Assembly: GCA_022844165.1 (NCBI GenBank)
Contig: JALHMH010000038.1
Location: 1 to 42,169, forward strand
DNA length: 42,169 bases
Origin: Lysobacterales bacterium
GTDB taxonomy: Bacteria > Pseudomonadota > Gammaproteobacteria > Xanthomonadales > SZUA-5
Reading direction: 5' to 3'
A model generated the notes under the pieces. That model saw nothing but the letters and a program-made list of their open reading frames with translations, was not told where the DNA came from and searched no databases. Of this stretch, positions 7,629 through 16,701 are shown in pieces. Made by a program: the position numbers and the translations under genes. How positions within the stretch are numbered: position 1 is the stretch's first letter; the number at the start of each line of letters is the position of its first letter.

Positions 7629-10304
7629 TCATCGCTCGGATCCGCGTGGTGCGACGCGCAGCATTCTCGGCTGCAAAGCCAGCGCGCAGCGTAGCGCTTG
7701 ATCGAGTAACTCGGCATGGCGTTTGGAAAGAGTGCTGGCGCGCTCAAGCGCCAAACCACCGTGATCGCTCAGCCAGCGCAGCAATTTCCCGGTTTCCGTC
7801 GGAATCGGCGTATCAGTCTCGAACTGACCACCCAGCAGTGCCGCTTGTGCAGCGAATTCGATATCGACCAGACCACCCTGGCCTTGTTTGATATCGAACC
7901 ACTCGCTGTTGCTACGATCCAGCGCCGAACGCCAGCGTTCCCGCATATCCTGCACGTCGCGGTTGACGCGGTCGGCATCGCGACGGGCCAGCAAAATTTG
8001 CCGTCGAAGAGTTTCAAATTCGCCGCCCAATCGCGCATCGCCAGCTGCAAATCGCGCACGAACCAGTGCCTGGTGTTCCCATAGCCAGGCCTCGCCGGAT
8101 TGGTAGCTTAAGAATGCGCTGGCTGGTGTGACCAACAGACCCTTACTGCCGTTCGGGCGCAGTCGGGCGTCGATTTCATACAAGGGGCCGTAACGCGTTT
8201 GCGCAGTGAGCCAATGCAACAACCGTTGGGCGACACGCGCAACATAACGCTGGCCATCCAGACTTCGAGTGCCCAGACTTTCGCTGTTTTGCAGTTCGTC
8301 GCGATACAAAAACACGAGGTCAAGATCGCTGGCGACATTGAGTTCCCGGCCACCCAGGCTGCCGTAACCGATGACCGCCAGGCCGTCTGTCGGCGTCAGG
8401 CCGCGCAGCGCACCGTGGCTCTTGGCGATATCGCGCGTGGCGAAGCTCAAACACTGCCCAACCACACAGTCAGCGACATCGGCGAAACCGGCCATTGCCT
8501 GGTCGGCGGCGATTCTGCCATCCAAAAAACCCAGGGACATTTCGAGCCGTGCGCTCTGTTGGAACTGCCGCAGACGTTCGAGTTCGTGTTCCTCGTCGGC
8601 GTTGGCGACGGCCGCCATTTCGATGGCGAGCGTGTGCTTGAGGTCGATGGATCGCGCTTGGCTGGCGAGCCGCGCATCGAGCAGGTCATCGAGCAGAATC
8701 GGTGACTCGGTGAGTGTACGCGCCAGCCATGCGCTGGCCTTCAAAAGACGATGAACACGTTGGATGGTCGCGGGCCGTTCGGCGAGCAAGGCCAGATAGC
8801 TGGTGCGCCCGGCGATCGCAGCCAGCAGATCGATCCAGCGTTCGAGCGTGGCATCGTCGCCATCGCTGGCGGCCAACACCAGCGGCACAATACGATCCAG
8901 CCGCGCGGCGCTGCGGGCGCTCATCGAGCGCACCGCAGGTGTGTCCAGTAGCCGTTTGAGCGCCGTTTCAGAGGTGTCCGGTGTGTAACGCTGCGCTTGC
9001 CAACGAAGCGCGAAGGCGTTGTCGTCTCGTCGCGTCTCGCCACTTCGCGGCAAGCAGCTGGCAAACGCCGCTGCTACTGTTTCGCGATGGTGGTCGAGTT
9101 CTGCCAGCAGTTCGGCGAACGACTGGTATCCGAGGGATGCGGCATACCGTTGTCGATCGAAGCTCTCGGTTGGCAAGCTATGCAGTTGTTCGTCGCGCCA
9201 CATCTGCACCCGATTTTCTAAGCGGCGCAGATGGCGATAGGCGGCGACCAGTGCCAGGTGCTCTTTGCTCTCGATGACGCCACAATGTGCCAGACGATCG
9301 AGTAGTTCAATGGTATGGCCAATCCGCAGGTTCGGATCTCGGCCGCCACGAATGATCGATTCCAGCTGGGCGCGGAATTCCACCTCGCGAATGCCGCCGC
9401 GTCCGAGTTTTAAGTCCGCTTCGCGTTCGTTTTTGCGGACTTCACTGTCCACGAGCGATTTAAGTTCGCGCAGGCCCTCCAGCGCTGCGTAGTCGAAGTA
9501 ACGCCGCCATACGAAAGGTCGCAGGCGATCCAGCAGCGCAAATCCGGCAGCCATATCGCCCGCGACGGGCCTCGCTCTGAGCAGCGCGAATCGCTCCCAA
9601 TCGCGACCCTCACGCTGGTAATAGTCCTCCATTGCCGCAAAGCTCAATGCAAGTCGCCCAGCGCTGCCGTAGGGTCTGAGCCGCCAGTCCACCCGATAAC
9701 AAAATCCCTCCGCGCGCGTTTCTCCGAGCAGCGTACTGGCGCGTTGTACAAGCCGCGCAAAGAAGTCCTCATTATCGATGCTGCGACGTCCGTTGGTTTC
9801 TCCTGGCGCGGGGAAACTCGCGATGAGGTCGATATCGCTCGAGAAGTTCAGTTCTCGCGAGCCGAGTTTGCCCAGCCCGAGAACGACGATGGGTTGCGGG
9901 TCACCTTGTTCGTCACAAGGTTCGCCGTGGCGCGTAACCAACTCATCCCGCGCGGCTTCAAACGCAAGCGCAATCAGCGAATCGGCCAGTTCCGTGATTC
10001 GCGCCAGCGTCGTATCCACGCTATCGCGATCCAGCACGTCGTCGATCAGTATTTTCAGCGAATGAAGGCGTCGGTATACGCGCAAAGCGTCGGCGAACTC
10101 AGGGTGGCGCTTCTCCGGCAGTGCGATGATTGGCGCCGAGTGAAGAAGCGCCAGCGCCTCGGGCGATCGCCGAAACTCATCGAACGCGAACTCGCTGGCG
10201 AGCAAAATTCGATCGAGTCGCGGATCGTTGCAGCCCAACGCTTCGCGTCGCTGCGCCAACCAGGGTTCAAGCGGGGTCTTTCCAGCTGAAGGTTCCAGGA
10301 TCAT
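7629..10304 (-). CDS. glnE: Bifunctional glutamine synthetase adenylyltransferase/deadenylyltransferase
   Basis: Two nucleotidyltransferase motifs (GKLGSRELNFSSDIDLI; GSLGGRELNVASDLDLV) and RLRPYG/RLRPNG; the ATG at 10304 overlaps the alr stop. Confidence 0.95.
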   Translation of the reverse strand: MILEPSAGKTPLEPWLAQRREALGCNDPRLDRILLASEFAFDEFRRSPEALALLHSAPIIALPEKRHPEFADALRVYRRLHSLKILIDDVLDRDSVDTTLARITELADSLIALAFEAARDELVTRHGEPCDEQGDPQPIVVLGLGKLGSRELNFSSDIDLIASFPAPGETNGRRSIDNEDFFARLVQRASTLLGETRAEGFCYRVDWRLRPYGSAGRLALSFAAMEDYYQREGRDWERFALLRARPVAGDMAAGFALLDRLRPFVWRRYFDYAALEGLRELKSLVDSEVRKNEREADLKLGRGGIREVEFRAQLESIIRGGRDPNLRIGHTIELLDRLAHCGVIESKEHLALVAAYRHLRRLENRVQMWRDEQLHSLPTESFDRQRYAASLGYQSFAELLAELDHHRETVAAAFASCLPRSGETRRDDNAFALRWQAQRYTPDTSETALKRLLDTPAVRSMSARSAARLDRIVPLVLAASDGDDATLERWIDLLAAIAGRTSYLALLAERPATIQRVHRLLKASAWLARTLTESPILLDDLLDARLASQARSIDLKHTLAIEMAAVANADEEHELERLRQFQQSARLEMSLGFLDGRIAADQAMAGFADVADCVVGQCLSFATRDIAKSHGALRGLTPTDGLAVIGYGSLGGRELNVASDLDLVFLYRDELQNSESLGTRSLDGQRYVARVAQRLLHWLTAQTRYGPLYEIDARLRPNGSKGLLVTPASAFLSYQSGEAWLWEHQALVRARFAAGDARLGGEFETLRRQILLARRDADRVNRDVQDMRERWRSALDRSNSEWFDIKQGQGGLVDIEFAAQAALLGGQFETDTPIPTETGKLLRWLSDHGGLALERASTLSKRHAELLDQALRCALALQPRMLRVAPRGSER

Positions 10305-11368
10305 TTCGCAGTGAATTGAACGCGGCGAGTAACGCCGCAAACCAGCTCATAACCGATCGTGCCGGCGGCTTCGGCGACCCGCTCCACCGGTAAATCCGAT
10401 CCCCACAACAATACTTCGCTACCGATATCTGCGGCGGGTGCGGCACTCAAGTCGATGGCCAGCAAGTCCATCGAAACCCGCCCCACGATGCTGGCCGATT
10501 GTCCGGCCACGCGCACCGGCGTGCCGCTGGGTGCGTGGCGCGGGTAACCGTCACCATAGCCGATGGCCGCGATGCCGACACGCATTGGGTGCGCACAGAT
10601 GTACGTTCCGCCGTAACCGATGCGATCCCCCAGCGCGCAGTCGCGTACCGAAATCAGACGCGTGCTCAGCGACATCGCCGGTTTCAGGCCCAGATCGCGC
10701 CCCATTTTGCGTGGAAACGTGGAAAGCCCATACAGCATGCCGCCGGGACGAACCCAATCGCTATGGCTGGTTCTGAAGGCCTGCAATGCGGCGGAGTTGG
10801 CCAAAGAGCGCTCTCCCGGCAGTTCGCCGATGGCGCTCGAAAAGCGCTGCATCTGCAATTCCGAGACCTCTCGATCATTGTCATCGGCGCAGGAGAAATG
10901 CGTCATCCAGCGAATCGATCCGATGCCGGGAATCTCGCGTACCCTTTGATAGACGGCGGCTGCACTCTCTGGCGAAAAGCCAAGACGGCGCATGCCGGTG
11001 TCGACCTTGATCCAGACATCAATGGGTGCCGGTAGTCTGGCGCGTTCGAGCAGCGCCAACTGAAAAGGGTGATGCAATACGGTATCGACGCGCCACTGTG
11101 CGAGCGCTTCGATATCGCCATATTCGTCGAATCCCGACAACAGCACGATGCGATGCAACAGTCCGGCCTGGCGCACGCGTTCGGCGTCCGTGAGTGTTGC
11201 GACGCCGAACGCATCGGCATCGGCTAATGCTTTGGCAACGCGTTCGAGACCATGGCCATAGCCGTCCGCTTTGACGACTGCGATGACTTTGGCGGCGCTC
11301 AGTGCGCGCACGCGCTTGAGATTGTGTTTGAGCGCGTCAGCGTCGATCGTCGCAGTGGTGGCACGCAT
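10301..11368 (-). CDS. alr: Alanine racemase
   Basis: AVVKADGYGHG PLP-lysine motif, KVDTGMRRLG, GYGDGYPR, GRVSMD. Confidence 0.95.
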   Translation of the reverse strand: MRATTATIDADALKHNLKRVRALSAAKVIAVVKADGYGHGLERVAKALADADAFGVATLTDAERVRQAGLLHRIVLLSGFDEYGDIEALAQWRVDTVLHHPFQLALLERARLPAPIDVWIKVDTGMRRLGFSPESAAAVYQRVREIPGIGSIRWMTHFSCADDNDREVSELQMQRFSSAIGELPGERSLANSAALQAFRTSHSDWVRPGGMLYGLSTFPRKMGRDLGLKPAMSLSTRLISVRDCALGDRIGYGGTYICAHPMRVGIAAIGYGDGYPRHAPSGTPVRVAGQSASIVGRVSMDLLAIDLSAAPAADIGSEVLLWGSDLPVERVAEAAGTIGYELVCGVTRRVQFTAK

Positions 11369-11459
11369 CGTTAATCGCAAAGGCTGGTCTGGCGTCGAAG
11401 GTTCGCCAATTCGATGCGGGCATGCAAGGGCAAAATGCGGTCGATCCGATATCGACGGC

Positions 11460-12581
11460 TCAGCGCATCATCGCAACGAAGCGATTGAACAGGCCCTCGA
11501 CATCGCGCGGTCCAGGGCTGGCTTCTGGATGGCCCTGGAAAGAAAACGCGGGCGCATCGTCCAAAGCAATGCCTTGGTTGGATCCATCGAACAACGAACG
11601 ATGGGTGACACGAACGTGGGGTGGTAGCGTCGATTCGTCGATCGCAAAGCCATGGTTCTGGCTCGAGATCATCACTTTACCCGTGTCCAGATCGATGACC
11701 GGGTGATTCGCGCCGTGATGGCCGAATTTCATCTTCAGCGTGCGTGCTCCGCTTGCCAGCCCGAGCAATTGATGACCCAGGCAGATGCCAAATACCGGTA
11801 CCTTCAGCCGCAGAAATTCTCTGATCGCCGCAATGGCGTAATCGCAGGGCTCAGGATCACCTGGGCCATTGGATAAGAAGATGCCATCCGGTGCCAGGGC
11901 CAACGCCTCTGCTGCCGTGGTTTTTGCCGGAACAACCGTCACCCGCGCGCCGCGGTCGACCAGCAGGCGCAGGATATTCCGCTTGATCCCGAAGTCATAC
12001 GCGACAACGTGGTGTCGCGTCATTGGCGCACTAAACTCGGCGCGATCCAGGTCATACGTACCTTGTGTCCACGCATAGCGGTTCTTGCTGCTGACCACTT
12101 GCGCCAGGTCGGCGCCTTTCAGACCGGGAAATGCGCGTGCCGCCGCGAGCGCTCGCTCAGCGCTCGCATTCTCACCCGCCGCGATCGCACCGTTTTGCGC
12201 ACCGTGCTCACGCAGGTGCCGCGTCAAAGCACGTGTATCGATATCCGCGATCGCCACCACATTGTGTGCAACAAGGTAGTCACACAAGTTCGACTCGCTG
12301 CGCCAGTTGCTCGCGAGCAGCGGCAAATCCCGAATCACGAGGCCCGTCGCGTGGACCTCGGCAGCTTCTTCGTCCGCTTTGTTGCAGCCGGTGTTGCCAA
12401 TATGCGGATAGGTCAGCGTCACGATCTGCTGCGCGTACGATGGGTCCGTCAAAATTTCCTGGTACCCGGTCATGGCCGTATTGAAAACGACTTCGCCGCT
12501 CCGGGTGCCAACCGCGCCGATGGAGCGGCCCTCGAAATTAGTACCGTCGGCGAGCGCCAGAATCGCTTTTTCGAAGGCCAT
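11460..12581 (-). CDS. carA: Carbamoyl-phosphate synthase small subunit
   Basis: [29 protein letters not shown] and [11 protein letters not shown] motifs; AAGGAG RBS upstream of ATG 12581. Confidence 0.97.
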   Translation of the reverse strand: MAFEKAILALADGTNFEGRSIGAVGTRSGEVVFNTAMTGYQEILTDPSYAQQIVTLTYPHIGNTGCNKADEEAAEVHATGLVIRDLPLLASNWRSESNLCDYLVAHNVVAIADIDTRALTRHLREHGAQNGAIAAGENASAERALAAARAFPGLKGADLAQVVSSKNRYAWTQGTYDLDRAEFSAPMTRHHVVAYDFGIKRNILRLLVDRGARVTVVPAKTTAAEALALAPDGIFLSNGPGDPEPCDYAIAAIREFLRLKVPVFGICLGHQLLGLASGARTLKMKFGHHGANHPVIDLDTGKVMISSQNHGFAIDESTLPPHVRVTHRSLFDGSNQGIALDDAPAFSFQGHPEASPGPRDVEGLFNRFVAMMR

Positions 12582-12652
12582 CGAACACTCCTTAAAGGGC
12601 GGCAAGGTCGGCGCGGAGCATAGCGGGATCGGAAACCTGGCGTGGTCGCCTG

Positions 12653-12668
12653 ATGAATGCGCATTCAT
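12653..12668. promoter_or_regulatory. Perfect 16-bp palindrome, ARG-box-like operator
   Basis: ATGAATGCGCATTCAT = TGAAT-N4-ATTCA, ~70 bp upstream of carA in a divergent intergenic region. Confidence 0.4.
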
Positions 12669-12832
12669 TACCTGCGCGCAACTTGAATGAATGTAGGTTG
12701 CATTGTCACGACCGTGGGGTTGAGTGGCGCCGCAGAAGCGGGCCGTGTTTGGCATTTTTGCAACCACACATGCGTCGCAACGAAATGCTAATCTTCACGT
12801 ACCTCAATGACTTAGTTTCGAGGAGCGTTGCG

Positions 12833-13159
12833 ATGAGAGCAAAATGGGCGTTGTTTGCTGGCGTGTTTGCACTGGCGACAGGCGGGTTCGCACATGCGGA
12901 TCGGCTGCTGATCGAGCGTGTCGATCGTGCCAAGACACAAACGCTGCCACGCAAGGGCTCGACAATGGATCAGGTGCAGGCGACGTTCGGTGCGCCGAGC
13001 AATACGCGTGAGGCCGTCGGCCAGCCGCCGATTACTCGCTGGGAATATCCGACATTCGTTGTCTACTTCGAATACAGCCATGTGATCAATGCGGTATTGA
13101 TCAAAGCCTCTGATACTGAGAAGGGTCCGCGGCCGGTACCGGCGCGCGCGCCGCGCTGA
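12833..13159 (+). CDS. Small exported protein (SmpA/BamE-like repeat motif)
   Basis: GAGGAG RBS, signal peptide ending AHA, and the P.KGSTMDQV...FGAP...PPITRWEY..FVVYFE pattern. Confidence 0.75.
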   Translation: MRAKWALFAGVFALATGGFAHADRLLIERVDRAKTQTLPRKGSTMDQVQATFGAPSNTREAVGQPPITRWEYPTFVVYFEYSHVINAVLIKASDTEKGPRPVPARAPR

Positions 13160-14190
13160 TGCGTCGGCGCTGGCCCGCCGAGTGGGAAGAGCAGGATGGC
13201 ATTCTTCTCGCCTGGCCACACGCGGACACCGACTGGGCGGCGAATCTGGCGGCTGTCGAGGGCACATATCGCGAGCTGATTGTCGCTGCCTTGGGCTTCG
13301 AAGATGTGTACCTGATTGTGAGTTCGGCATCGGTTCGGGCGCGGGCAGAGGAGGTGATAGGGCGTGCTGCAACTGGCCTGCCAGGTGCATTGCATTGGAT
13401 CGAACTACCCTACGACGACACGTGGCTGCGCGATTCAGGTCCGATTACGGTCTTCGATGGCGCAAAACGAACCTGGTTGGATTTCCGTTTCACCGGATGG
13501 GGCGAAAAATTCGAGTCGAGCCGCGACGATCGGATTCCTGAAGGACTTCATGCGCTGGCGGCTTTTTCGCATCTCTCGCGACTGCGAATCGAATTTGCGT
13601 TGGAAGGTGGTGCCGTCGAGAGTGACGGTGATGGTACTTTGCTGTCGACCTGGACCTGTTTGAAGCGACGCCACCCCGGCAAGACGCGCGGCGAAGTCGA
13701 GAAAATTCTCTCAGAAACGCTCGGTATCGACCGTTTTCTGTGGCTGGAGCACGGCGAACTCGATGGCGACGATACCGATGCGCACATCGACACGCTGGCG
13801 CGTTTTGCGTCGCGCGACAGCATCGTCTACCAAAGTTGCACCGCGCCGGATGATCCACACTTCGATACGCTGCAACGAATGGCCTCCGAGTTGCAGGCGC
13901 TGACGACACGGCAACGCCGGCCTTTTGAGCTGTTTCCATTGCCCTTCGCGCCGCCCATCGTCGATGCTGATGGGCGCCGACTCGCCGCGTCTTACGCCAA
14001 TTTTTTGATCGTCAATGGTGGCGTGTTGATGCCCGGATACGATGAACCCACGGATATCGATGCCGCCGAAGTGTTGGCGAGTGCGTTTCCGGATCGTGAT
14101 GTGGTCATCGTTCCTTGTCGTCCGTTGATCGAACAGAACGGCAGCCTGCATTGCGTCACCATGCAGCTGCCCGCTGGTGTGGTCGCCTGA
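13159..14190 (+). CDS. aguA: Agmatine deiminase (PPAD family)
   Basis: PAEWE, WPH..TDW, DTWLRDSGP, LEGGA, DDTDAHID, ASYANF and GSLHCVT motifs. Confidence 0.9.
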   Translation: MRRRWPAEWEEQDGILLAWPHADTDWAANLAAVEGTYRELIVAALGFEDVYLIVSSASVRARAEEVIGRAATGLPGALHWIELPYDDTWLRDSGPITVFDGAKRTWLDFRFTGWGEKFESSRDDRIPEGLHALAAFSHLSRLRIEFALEGGAVESDGDGTLLSTWTCLKRRHPGKTRGEVEKILSETLGIDRFLWLEHGELDGDDTDAHIDTLARFASRDSIVYQSCTAPDDPHFDTLQRMASELQALTTRQRRPFELFPLPFAPPIVDADGRRLAASYANFLIVNGGVLMPGYDEPTDIDAAEVLASAFPDRDVVIVPCRPLIEQNGSLHCVTMQLPAGVVA

Positions 14191-14236
14191 GCCGCTGCGT
14201 CGTTCCGCTTTCTACAACTCACGATAGTCCGATCTT

Positions 14237-15121
14237 ATGTCCAAAACGCTTACCGTCGCTCTTGTCCAAGATCGCGATCGTGGTTCCGTCGATGCGAATC
14301 TCAAGCGCATTGAGTCCTGTCTGGCACAGGCGCACGACGCTGGCGCGAGTTTGGTGCTGTTGCAGGAGCTGCATAACGGCCCGTACTTTTGTCAGACACA
14401 GGATGTCAATCAATTCGATCGCGCCGAGACGATTCCAGGGCCGGGCACCGAACGCCTCTGTGCCGCTGCCAGGCGCTACGGGTTAGTCGTGGTTGCCTCG
14501 CTGTTCGAACGCCGAGCACCGGGTCTTTATCACAATACGGCAGTGGTCATCGAGCGCGACGGCGCGATCGTGGGTCGTTATCGCAAGATGCACATTCCCG
14601 ACGACCCGGGTTTCATGGAGAAGTTTTACTTCACGCCGGGCGATCTGGGCTTTAAGCCGATCGACACCAGCGCAGGTCGCCTCGGGGTCTTGGTTTGCTG
14701 GGACCAGTGGTATCCGGAAGCAGCGCGTCTGATGGCGCTGGCCGGGGCAGAAATATTGCTCTATCCGACCGCAATCGGCTGGGACCCAAGGGACGATGAT
14801 GCGGAAAGATGCCGCCAACAAAGCGCCTGGCAAATCAGCCAACGTGGCCACGCTGTTGCAAATGGCCTGCCGGTACTCAGCTGCAATCGCACCGGATTCG
14901 AAGCCGATCCGGCTGATGGCGCCGGTATCCAATTTTGGGGCACGAGCTTCGTCGCCGGTCCGCAAGGTGAGATCCTGGCGCAGGCGGGCATTGAGAACGA
15001 CGAGGTGCTTGTCGCGACCGTCGATCTTTCGCGCAGCGAAGCAGTCCGCCGCATCTGGCCATTCCTGCGCGATCGCCGTATCGATGCGTATGGCGATCTG
15101 ACCCGGCGCTATGTGGATTGA
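14237..15121 (+). CDS. aguB: Carbon-nitrogen hydrolase, N-carbamoylputrescine amidase
   Basis: E-K-C triad (LQEL, YRKMHIPDDP, VCWDQWYPE); adjacent to agmatine deiminase. Confidence 0.85.
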   Translation: MSKTLTVALVQDRDRGSVDANLKRIESCLAQAHDAGASLVLLQELHNGPYFCQTQDVNQFDRAETIPGPGTERLCAAARRYGLVVVASLFERRAPGLYHNTAVVIERDGAIVGRYRKMHIPDDPGFMEKFYFTPGDLGFKPIDTSAGRLGVLVCWDQWYPEAARLMALAGAEILLYPTAIGWDPRDDDAERCRQQSAWQISQRGHAVANGLPVLSCNRTGFEADPADGAGIQFWGTSFVAGPQGEILAQAGIENDEVLVATVDLSRSEAVRRIWPFLRDRRIDAYGDLTRRYVD

Positions 15122-15202
15122 ACAGACCTTCGTCAGGCGGATGAGGCTGCACAACCAGGATGAGCCACGCTCGTGCATCATGCGCGGTCAGAACTGCCTC
15201 GC

Positions 15203-15446
15203 CCAGAATCCTTGACGGAGACTGATCTCGACAAATGAGTCAAATTTTCTACAAAGAGGCTTTGGTTTTTGAAGCCCCCTTGAGTCAAGGGGGGGAAGAC
15301 TCGGCGTTGACACGCCGCAGGCGTGTGCCGAGTCGAACGCCCGGCGGCTGCGCCGCTGGGCCGGAAATGCGGAGCGCGGGGTTGTGGCGAGTACGGTGTC
15401 GGACGAAGCCAGCAATGCTCGTCGGTCTGAGGCGAAGCCTCGTTAG
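15203..15446. repeat. ~240-bp hairpin-rich intergenic element, copy 1
   Basis: Colinear with 41837-42074, with identical blocks of 34, 22, 21, 20 and 15 bp; bounded by CCAG...TTAG. Confidence 0.85.
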
Positions 15447-15460
15447 CGTTTACTTGGGGA

Positions 15461-16663
15461 ATGGACTCCGTGACACCCACTGACTTCGATGGCCAGCCCA
15501 TCGTCGAGCTTGAAGCCAATGGTCGACACTACACGCTGCTCGGAACGGCGCATGTTTCCAAAGCCAGCGTCGAGGCTGTCAACCACCTGATTGCCACGCG
15601 ACCATTCGATCGCGTTGCCGTGGAACTCGACGACCATCGGCATCACTCGCTGCTGAAGCCAGACGATTGGCGCAACGTCGACCTCTTCAAAATCATCAAG
15701 GACGGTAAGGCCGGTGTGCTGGCCGCCAATTTAGCGCTGGGTGCTTATCAACGTCGGCTAGCCGAACAGTTCGGCGTCGAGCCCGGTGCGGAGCTCAGAG
15801 CCGCGTGCCTTAGCGCTGAGGAAAAACAAGTGCCCGTGTCGCTGATCGATCGCGATGTGGGTGTGACGCTCAAACGCGCCTATGCAGCGGTCGGGTTCTG
15901 GGACAAGCTTTCCATCATCAGCGGTTTGGTCGGCAGTGCTTTCATCAGCGAAAAGATCACCGAAGCGGATATCGAAAAACTCAAACAGGGCGACATCCTG
16001 ACCAATACCTTCGATGAGTTTGCGCGCGAGAGCAAAGGACTGCATCAGGCGTTGATCGTCGAGCGCGATCAGTTCATGGCGCAAATGCTCGATCGCGAAT
16101 CCAAGCCGGGCGAGCGTGTACTCGCCGTCGTCGGCGCCGGACACCTGCGCGGCATCGAGCGCGCGCTTACGGGTGAGGATCCGGACGATCGAGTGCCGCT
16201 GGAACAGTTGGCGGCCACGCCAGCGCCGAGCCCCGTGCCCAAGCTGATCGGTTACGCAGTGATTGCGATACTGTTGGGTGGCTTCGCCTGGGCGTTTCGC
16301 GAGGGCAGCGATGTGCTGGCGCAAGTGCTGTCGTTTTATGTGATCGCAACGGGTGGTATGGCCGGGCTCGGAGCGCTGGTCGCCGGCGCGCATCCGCTCA
16401 GCGCGCTGGCTGCGCTATTGTCCGCTCCGCTGACGGTGCTGCACCCGGCCCTTGCTGCGGGCATGTTCAGCGCTGGCGTTGAGGCCTATTTGCGCAAGCC
16501 GCGGGTTGCGGACTTCGAGGCGCTGCGAAGCGATCTGGTGCAAATTCGCGGTTGGTGGAAGAACCGGGTCGCGCGCACATTGTTGATTTTTTTCTTGACC
16601 AACGCGTTTACCGGTATTGGCGTTTGGTTAACCGGCGTCGAGTTGGTCCGACGCATTTCCTGA
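15461..16663 (+). CDS. TraB/GumN (TraB/PrgY) family membrane protein
   Basis: LLGTAHVS, VAVELD, PGAE, LIDRDV, ERDQFMA and VVGAGH motifs; C-terminal TM helices. Confidence 0.9.
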   Translation: MDSVTPTDFDGQPIVELEANGRHYTLLGTAHVSKASVEAVNHLIATRPFDRVAVELDDHRHHSLLKPDDWRNVDLFKIIKDGKAGVLAANLALGAYQRRLAEQFGVEPGAELRAACLSAEEKQVPVSLIDRDVGVTLKRAYAAVGFWDKLSIISGLVGSAFISEKITEADIEKLKQGDILTNTFDEFARESKGLHQALIVERDQFMAQMLDRESKPGERVLAVVGAGHLRGIERALTGEDPDDRVPLEQLAATPAPSPVPKLIGYAVIAILLGGFAWAFREGSDVLAQVLSFYVIATGGMAGLGALVAGAHPLSALAALLSAPLTVLHPALAAGMFSAGVEAYLRKPRVADFEALRSDLVQIRGWWKNRVARTLLIFFLTNAFTGIGVWLTGVELVRRIS

Positions 16664-16701
16664 GCGAATGCCCGTTGCCATCGGGCGCAGTGAGTGAGCT
16701 T

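Noticed and set aside
12729-12746. Sigma54 promoter TGGCATTTTTGCA
   Set aside because: GG-to-GC spacing is 7 nt instead of 10.
15203-15446. attC site, group II intron domain V or CRISPR repeat
   Set aside because: No paired RYYYAAC/GTTRRRY ends, no proper domain V stem, no repeat-spacer periodicity, and no integrase, RT or cas gene.
15178-15519. Short ORFs similar to those at 41837-42158
   Set aside because: They are translations of the 240-bp repeat; indels between copies shift the frame, so there is no conserved protein.
15461-16663. TraB as a sign of a conjugative element
   Set aside because: The TraB/PrgY/GumN family is commonly chromosomal, and no relaxase or T4SS genes are present.
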